Assembly: GCA_015134435.1 (NCBI GenBank) | Contig: CP043989.1 | Location: 180,001 to 212,000, forward strand | Length of the DNA: 32,000 nucleotides | Source: Candidatus Saccharimonadota bacterium | GTDB taxonomy: Bacteria; Pseudomonadota; Gammaproteobacteria; Enterobacterales; Enterobacteriaceae | Reading direction: 5' to 3' | Part shown: positions 26,855 to 32,000 of the stretch, one piece after another | Layout: each line of letters begins with the position of its first letter | Numbering within the stretch: position 1 is the stretch's first letter | Notes under the pieces: model-generated | What the model saw: only the letters and a program-made list of their open reading frames with translations | What the model was told of the DNA's origin: nothing | The model's database searches: none | Made by a program: the position numbers and the translations under genes

Positions 26855-27307
26855 TTATTTAATAGAAATTATATTAATAATAAATTTAATTTTTTTTTTT
26901 TTAAATAAATTAATATATATTATATGTTTTCCTATATATTTTATAGAACCATTTGGTAAAAAAATATTTTTTTTAGAAATTTTAAATTTTAATTTTTTTA
27001 AAAAAATTTTACAAATATCAAATATTTTTAAAGAATCAAATAATTTTCCTTTTTTACTACATCTATAATATAATTTCATAGGTGATAATAAAATTATTTT
27101 TTTATAAATAAAATTTAATTTATTTTTATTTTTTTTTTTAATTTTTAAAAATAATATTTTTTTTTTATTAATTTTATTAATATTATATTTATTAAAATAT
27201 AATGCTTTACTATAAGGAATTAAATAATTTCTAGCATATCCTTTACTAACATTAATAATATTACCTATTTTACCTAATTCCTTTTTCAAAATTATAATTT
27301 TAACCAT
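26855..27307 (-). CDS. rplI: 50S ribosomal protein L9
   Basis: Track ORF, 150 aa. MVKIIILKKELGKIGNIINVSKGYARNYLIPYSKALYFNK matches the L9 N-domain (E. coli [37 protein letters not shown]). Follows rpsR. Confidence 0.9.
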   Translation of the reverse strand: MVKIIILKKELGKIGNIINVSKGYARNYLIPYSKALYFNKYNINKINKKKILFLKIKKKNKNKLNFIYKKIILLSPMKLYYRCSKKGKLFDSLKIFDICKIFLKKLKFKISKKNIFLPNGSIKYIGKHIIYINLFKKKKIKFIINIISIK

Positions 27308-27319
27308 AATATAATTAAC

Positions 27320-27550
27320 CTAAAAATTTTGATGTAAATCAGTATAACAAATTAAAGATAAATATCTAGCTCTTTTAATAGCAATAGATAATTTTCTTTG
27401 AAATTTTGAAGAAATACCAGTAACCCTAGAAGGAATTATTTTATTACATTCAGTTATATATTTTTTTAATATATCTACATTTTTATAATCAATTTCTTTA
27501 AAATTATTTAATTTAAAATAACAATATTTTTTATTTTTATTAAATCTCAT
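27320..27550 (-). CDS. rpsR: 30S ribosomal protein S18
   Basis: Track ORF, 76 aa. ..[52 protein letters not shown] is canonical S18. Confidence 0.94.
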   Translation of the reverse strand: MRFNKNKKYCYFKLNNFKEIDYKNVDILKKYITECNKIIPSRVTGISSKFQRKLSIAIKRARYLSLICYTDLHQNF

Positions 27551-27567
27551 TTTAAAATCACCAAAAA

Positions 27568-27894
27568 TTAATTAACATTATTTTTACTAATAAAAATTGA
27601 TTTTTCACTTTCTGCATTTTTTTTTCTAATAATAATATATCTTAAAATATTTTTATTTAATTTTAAATCATTAAATATTAAATTAATTATATTAATTTTA
27701 ACTTCAATATTCATAAGAATATAATAAGCTTTATTATTATTTTTAATATTATAAGCTAATTTTCTTAAACCTCAATTTTCTAATCTATGTATTTTTCCAT
27801 TTTTATTTACAATATTAGAATAATATTTAATAATATCATTAATATAAATATTTTTATTAAAATATATCATTAATATAATTTCATAATGACGCAT
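27568..27894 (-). CDS. rpsF: 30S ribosomal protein S6
   Basis: Missed by the track (in-frame TGA). ATG 27892-27894. [15 protein letters not shown]...[33 protein letters not shown] matches E. coli [45 protein letters not shown]. TAA at 27568-27570. 108 aa. No priB between rpsF and rpsR. Confidence 0.92.
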
Positions 27895-27989
27895 ATTATT
27901 ACCTTTAATTTTTTTAAAATAAATTTATTTATAAAATAAAATTAAAAAAAAAATAAAAACAAAATTATATAATTAAATTAATAAATAAA

Positions 27990-28391
27990 TTAACGTTTTG
28001 AATATTGATGTTTAGAACGAGATTTTATATATCCATATTTTTTTCTTTCTACTTTTCTAGAATCACGAGTAATAAATTTATATAATTTTAATTTTTTTCT
28101 AAAATTATTATTATATTTTAATAAAATTCTACTTATACCATGTCTTATTGCAATAACTTGACTAGAAATACCACCACCTTTTACTGTTATATAAAAATTA
28201 AATTTATTTAAAAGAAAAATATTATTAATATCATAAATAATTTTAAAAGGATATAAAATTATTTTTCTTTTAATTTTACAAGAAAAATATTTTTTAAATT
28301 TTAAATTATTAATGTATATTTTTCCAGACCCTTTTTTCATAAATATTCTAGATGAAGAAGTTTTACGCCTACCTGTACTATATAATAACAT
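27990..28391 (-). CDS. rpsI: 30S ribosomal protein S9
   Basis: Track ORF, 133 aa. ..YSTGRRKTSSSRIFMKKGSGKIYINN...VKGGGISSQVIAIRHGISRIL...FITRDSRKVERKKYGYIKSRSKHQYSKR is canonical S9. Confidence 0.94.
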   Translation of the reverse strand: MLLYSTGRRKTSSSRIFMKKGSGKIYINNLKFKKYFSCKIKRKIILYPFKIIYDINNIFLLNKFNFYITVKGGGISSQVIAIRHGISRILLKYNNNFRKKLKLYKFITRDSRKVERKKYGYIKSRSKHQYSKR

Positions 28392-28402
28392 ATATATATA
28401 CC

Positions 28403-28804
28403 TTAAAAATTAATTAAAATAGGATTTTGAGAAATATGTAAATGATTATTATAATTATATATTTTTAATCTTTTTAAATATATTTTACTTAAACGATTTT
28501 TAGGTAACATACCTTTAACAGCATGTGTAATAATATATTTAGGGGATTTTATCATCATTTCTTCAAAAGAAATACTTTTTAAATTACCTACATAACCACT
28601 ATGACGATAATATATTTTATTTTTTCTTTTATTACCAGTAACTAAAATATATTTAATATTTGTTAATATAACAAAATCTCCATTATCTTTATAAGATAAA
28701 TAATTAGATTTATGCTTTCCCATAAGCAAACAAACAACTTTAGTTATTAATCTTCCTAAAATTCTATTTTTTGAATTAATTAAATATCAATTATTTTTTT
28801 TCAT
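28403..28804 (-). CDS. rplM: 50S ribosomal protein L13
   Basis: ATG 28802-28804, in frame with track ORF 28403..28729. MKKNN-W-YLINSKNRILGRLITKVVCLLMGKHKSNY.. (E. coli ..[32 protein letters not shown]), with TGA 28787-28789 at the conserved W. 133 aa. Confidence 0.93.
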
Positions 28805-29585
28805 ATATTATTTAAAAAATTAAATTATTTTCATTATTTATAATAAATAATTTTTATATTTAATTATTAATATAAAATTAAAATATTTTAATTATTAAAA
28901 TTAAAATATAAATTATAAATATTATATATATAAAAAATTTATTAAATTAAATTAATTTAATAAATTTTTAATTTTATTTTTATTAAAAATTTTTAAATAT
29001 TTAAAATATTTATATTAATAAAAATAATATTAATAAAAAAATATATTAAATTTATTTAAAATTTTTATTAATATAAATTAATAATTAATATTATTAAAAT
29101 AAAAATATTTATATTTTTAAAAAATTATTAAAATATTAATAATAAAATATTACTAAAAATCATTTTTAATAATTTTATTAAAAATAAAAATTAATTTTTT
29201 AAATTTTAAAATAAATTAATTATAAATAAAAATAAAATATATAAAATTAATAAATATTTTTTTAATAAAATAATTTTAACTAATTTTAAATATAATTTAT
29301 TTATTAATATAATATATAATAAATTAAAAAATATATATTTTTAAAAATAATTATTATATAAATATTTAAATAAAATAAAAATATGAAAAATTAAAAATTT
29401 ATATAATAAATATATTATATATTATATATTTTAAATAAATTTAAAAAAAATAAAAAATTATTTTTAATATTAAATTATTTAATAAAATATAAAATTTTAT
29501 ATTAAAATAATAAAATAAAATATATTTATATTAAAATAAATATATTATATTTTATATAAAAAATAAACAAAAGGAATAATTATAA
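28805..29585. other. Very long, almost pure A/T divergent intergenic spacer (rplM <- -> rplU)
   Basis: About 780 nt with no ORF in the track. In 28805-29567 I count only five G/C (28832, 29153, 29161, 29280, 29385). 28833-29152 (320 nt) has none at all. The first G cluster is the rplU SD (aagga, 29571-29575). All other spacers in the window are 1-205 nt. Confidence 0.9.
28933..28969. repeat. 37-nt perfect palindrome (18-bp arms, 1-nt centre)
   Basis: aaaaatttattaaattaaattaatttaataaattttt is self-complementary around position 28951. I checked it pair by pair, and it breaks at 28932/28970. Confidence 0.85.
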
Positions 29586-29915
29586 ATGTATGCAATAATA
29601 AATATAAATAAAAAACAATATAAAATTAAAAAAAATCAATATATATATACAGAAAAAATAAATTATAAAAAAAATAAATATATATATATAAAAAATAAAA
29701 ATATTATTTTAATATTTTATAAAAATAAAATTTTATATAAAAAAAAAGATATAAAATTATTTTTAATAAAAATTAAAATAATAAAAAATATTAAAAAAAA
29801 AAAAATAAATATTATAAAATTTAAAAGAAGAAAAAATTATAAAAAAAAATATGGACATAGACAACAATTAACAAAAATAAAAATAAAATCAATAGAGAAA
29901 AAAAATGGCACATAA
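29586..29915 (+). CDS. rplU: 50S ribosomal protein L21
   Basis: Track ORF, 109 aa. [23 protein letters not shown]...[25 protein letters not shown] matches E. coli [24 protein letters not shown]...[25 protein letters not shown]. SD aagga 11-15 nt upstream. Confidence 0.92.
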   Translation: MYAIININKKQYKIKKNQYIYTEKINYKKNKYIYIKNKNIILIFYKNKILYKKKDIKLFLIKIKIIKNIKKKKINIIKFKRRKNYKKKYGHRQQLTKIKIKSIEKKNGT

Positions 29916-30168
29916 AAAAGCAGGTGGATCAACTAAAAATGGAAGAGATTCAAAATCTAAAAGATTAGGAGTAAAACATTTTGGAGGAGAATTTATTTAT
30001 TCCGGAAATATAATAATAAAACAAAGAGGAACAAAATTTCATTCAGGAATTAATACAAAATATGGAAAAGATCATACAATATATGCAACAAAAAATGGAA
30101 AAATAGAATTTAAAATAAAAAATAAAAAAAAAATTATAAATATAATAACAAATGAATATAAAAAATAA
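29905..30168 (+). CDS. rpmA: 50S ribosomal protein L27
   Basis: Track ORF, 87 aa. [61 protein letters not shown] is canonical L27. 11-nt overlap with rplU. Confidence 0.96.
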   Translation: MAHKKAGGSTKNGRDSKSKRLGVKHFGGEFIYSGNIIIKQRGTKFHSGINTKYGKDHTIYATKNGKIEFKIKNKKKIINIITNEYKK

Positions 30169-30299
30169 TATTATTTTAATAATAAATAAATATAAATTTA
30201 AAAAATAAAAATAAAAATATTTCAATTAATTGATTAAAAAAATAATAAAATATAAAAAATTTTTAAAATTAATTTTAAAAAAATAAATAAAATAAAAAA

Positions 30300-30916
30300 A
30301 TGAAAAAAAAAAAAAATGATTAAATTTAATATTTAAAAATAAATATACAAAAATAGCAAAAAAAAAAAAATTAAGATCTAGATCATGATTTAAAATTAAA
30401 GAAATACAAAAAAAATATAAAATATTTAAAAAAAATAATAATATAATAGATTTAGGATGTTCACCAGGAGGTTGATCAATTTTTTTATCAAAAAAAATAA
30501 ATAAAAAAAATAAAATATTTAGTTGTGATATTTTAAATATGAAAAAAATTAAAAATGTAAATTTTATAAAAGGAGATATATGTAATATAAAAACAATAAA
30601 TAAAATAATAAAAAAAACAAAATTATATAAAATAAATTCTATTATATCAGATATATCACCAAACATTTCAGGTATTAAAGAAATAGATAATCCTAAATAT
30701 AAAAATATAATTAAAAGTATTATATATTTATGTAAAAAAAAATTATTTATAAATGGTAATTTAATAATTAAAATATTTTTAGGAGAAAATTTTTCCTATA
30801 TTTTAAAAAAAATTAAAAATATTTTTAAAAAAATAAATATTTATAAACCAAAATGTTCATATAAATGATCTAAAGAAATATATATAATTGCTTTAAAATA
30901 TAAAAATAATTATTAA
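30300..30916 (+). CDS. rlmE: 23S rRNA (U2552) 2'-O-methyltransferase RlmE/FtsJ; apparent -1/+2 frame problem at an A14 tract after the ATG
   Basis: Body frame 30317..30916: W-LNLIFKNKYTKIAKKKKLRSRSWFKIKEIQKKYKIF...IIDLGCSPGGWSIF...FSCDIL...FIKGDI...IISDISPNISG...NLIIKIFLGENF...IYKPKCSYKWSKEIYIIALKYK* is collinear with E. coli RlmE from W13 ([32 protein letters not shown]...DLGAAPGGWSQ...). That frame is closed by TAA at 30293-30295 and has no start codon before the W. The only ATG (30300-30302) is followed by 14 A and is out of frame (MKKKKND*). With 15 A it would read MKKKKKWLNLIF... Confidence 0.8.
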
Positions 30917-30991
30917 AAAATATTATAATATATTAATAAAAAATTTTAAAATAAAAAAATAAAATATATAATACATTAAATAGGAAAAAAA

Positions 30992-31261
30992 ATGTATAAA
31001 ATATTTTCAATATTATTTATATCAATATGTATTATTTTAATTTTAATAATTATTATTTCTCCAAATAAAAATAATATAATAAAATCATATTCAAATTATA
31101 ATAATATTATTACATCAAATTTTATAAAAAATAAATTTAATAATATAATTATTATATTAACTATATTATTTTATATATTATCTATAATATTAAATTTAAT
31201 AAATAATTTTAAAATTAAAAAAATAAAAAAAAAAATAAAAAATATAAAAATATTAAAATAA
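30992..31261 (+). CDS. secG: Protein-export membrane protein SecG (probable)
   Basis: Track ORF, 89 aa, two hydrophobic helices. MY-start and the second helix NFIKNKFNNIIIILTILFYILSIILNLINN resemble E. coli SecG NFMTRMTALLATLFFIISLVLGNINS. It lies immediately upstream of a leuU-type tRNA-Leu, as in E. coli secG-leuU. SD agga upstream. Confidence 0.68.
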   Translation: MYKIFSILFISICIILILIIIISPNKNNIIKSYSNYNNIITSNFIKNKFNNIIIILTILFYILSIILNLINNFKIKKIKKKIKNIKILK

Positions 31262-31277
31262 TAAATTATTATATTAA

Positions 31278-31361
31278 ACCGGGATGGTGAAAATGGTAAA
31301 CACACTACTTTAAGATAGTAGCTTCTATATGAAAATACGGGTTCAAATCCCGTTCCCGGTA
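31278..31361 (+). tRNA. leuU: tRNA-Leu, class II, leuU orthologue with apparent anticodon AAG
   Basis: accggga tg gtg-aaaatggtaaa-cac a ctact-ttAAGat-agtag cttctatatgaaaat acggg-ttcaaat-cccgt tcccggt a. Arm-for-arm collinear with E. coli leuU (..CTACC-TTGAGGT-GGTAG..), so the loop TTGAGGT has become TTAAGAT (G34->A, G37->A). No encoded CCA. Confidence 0.8.
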
Positions 31362-31505
31362 TAATTTTAAAATAATATTTTATATATTTAATATTTTTAT
31401 AATATATTAAATTAATTATTATTAAAAAATTTAAATAATATATTAATTAATATATTTTTTTATTAAATATTTTTTATAAAATAAAAATTTAGGAGATATG
31501 CTAAA

Positions 31506-32000
31506 ATGAATAAAAAAATTTTAGCAGTTGCAGAAGCTTTATCTAATGAAAAATCTTTATCTAAAAAAATTGTTTTTAAAATATTAGAAAATGCTTTAAA
31601 TACAGTAATAAAACAAAAATATAAACAAAAAATTAATATAAGAATATATATAAATAAAAAAAATGGAAAATTTTATATATATAGAAGATGAATAGTAGTA
31701 AAAAAAGTTATATATCCAGAAAAAGAAATAAATTTAAATAAAGCTATATATAAAAATAAAAAAATAAAATTAGGTGAATTTATAGAAAATAAAATAAAAA
31801 AAATAAAATTTGATAGAATAACTACACAAAAAATAAAAAAAATTATAATACAAAAAATTAAAGAAAAAAAAAAAAATATAAATTTTAAAAAAATAATCAA
31901 AAAAAAAGGAAAAATAATAACAGGATTTATAAAAAAAATAGATACAAAATATATACTTTTAGATATAGGAAATAATTTAGAAGCAAAAATATTAAATAAA
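31506..32000 (+). CDS. nusA: Transcription termination/antitermination factor NusA (partial; 3' end beyond window)
   Basis: Track ORF 31506..31691 ends at TGA. MNKKILAVAEALSNEKSLSKKIVFKILENAL...FYIYRR-W-IVVKKV...IKFDRITTQKIKKIIIQKIKE...GKIITGFIKKIDTKYILLDIGNNLEAKIL matches E. coli [89 protein letters not shown]. SD aggag at 31491-31495. Confidence 0.94.

Noticed and set aside
28805-29585. DnaA boxes, small ORFs or an RNA gene in the long spacer
   Set aside because: There are essentially no G or C, so no DnaA-box-like or structured-RNA-like sequence is possible. No ORF reaches the track threshold. Any origin role would have to be DnaA-independent and is unproven.
30222-30233. tcaattaattga palindrome downstream of rpmA as an intrinsic terminator
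   Set aside because: It has only a 4-bp A/T-rich stem with a 4-nt loop, which is far too weak. Similar palindromes are frequent by chance in this composition.
30043-30666. Minus-strand ORFs 30043..30225 and 30226..30666 (F/I/L-rich, membrane-protein-like)
   Set aside because: They are antisense to rpmA and rlmE and to the spacer between them. Their low-complexity poly-F/I composition is simply the complement of the K/N-rich coding strand. There are no conserved motifs.
31673-31900. Minus-strand ORF 31673..31900 (75 aa)
   Set aside because: It is antisense to nusA and consists of low-complexity F/I-rich sequence.

Overview
This window is a core, translation-related stretch of an extremely A+T-rich, highly reduced bacterial genome of the obligate-endosymbiont type. 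It only makes sense if TGA is read as Trp (translation table 4). The six-frame track splits many genes, including tuf, fusA, secY, rplB, rpsC, hflX, fmt and rlmE. Every split I traced is a TGA at a position where the E. coli orthologue has Trp. Joining the pieces gives full-length proteins. I met no in-frame TGG, and the stops I traced myself are TAA or TAG.

Layout:
- 1..16850 (minus): one uninterrupted co-directional block, rpsL-rpsG-fusA-tuf-S10 operon-spc operon-alpha operon (30 genes, rpoA truncated by the window edge).
- 16997..18546 (plus): tRNA-Cys, tRNA-Leu(UAA), def, fmt.
- 18555..21541 (minus): rlmB, hflX, miaA.
- 21657..26650 (minus): a complete rRNA operon, 16S-tRNA-Glu-23S-5S-tRNA-Asp, then tRNA-Gly.
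- 26855..28804 (minus): rpsF-rpsR-rplI and rplM-rpsI.
- 28805..29585: a spacer of about 780 nt made almost purely of A and T.
- 29586..32000 (plus): rplU-rpmA, rlmE, secG, tRNA-Leu, nusA (partial).

Microsynteny and EF-Tu signature residues look gammaproteobacterial and Enterobacterales-like, with the neighbouring genes deleted. I saw no mobile elements, CRISPR arrays, defence, toxin or secretion systems, and no convincing GC-rich intrinsic terminators.

Points worth a second look:
- the code change itself, in an apparently gamma-lineage genome;
- an rlmE start codon put out of frame by an A14 homopolymer;
- a leuU-type tRNA-Leu whose anticodon reads AAG (A34);
- a fossil ATGA stop/start overlap at rplP/rpmC that is now read through;
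- the near-100% A+T spacer, which carries a 37-nt perfect palindrome;
- long retained rRNA processing stems.

All translations and folds were done by eye. rRNA ends are good to about +/-5-10 nt, and no numbers come from database searches.
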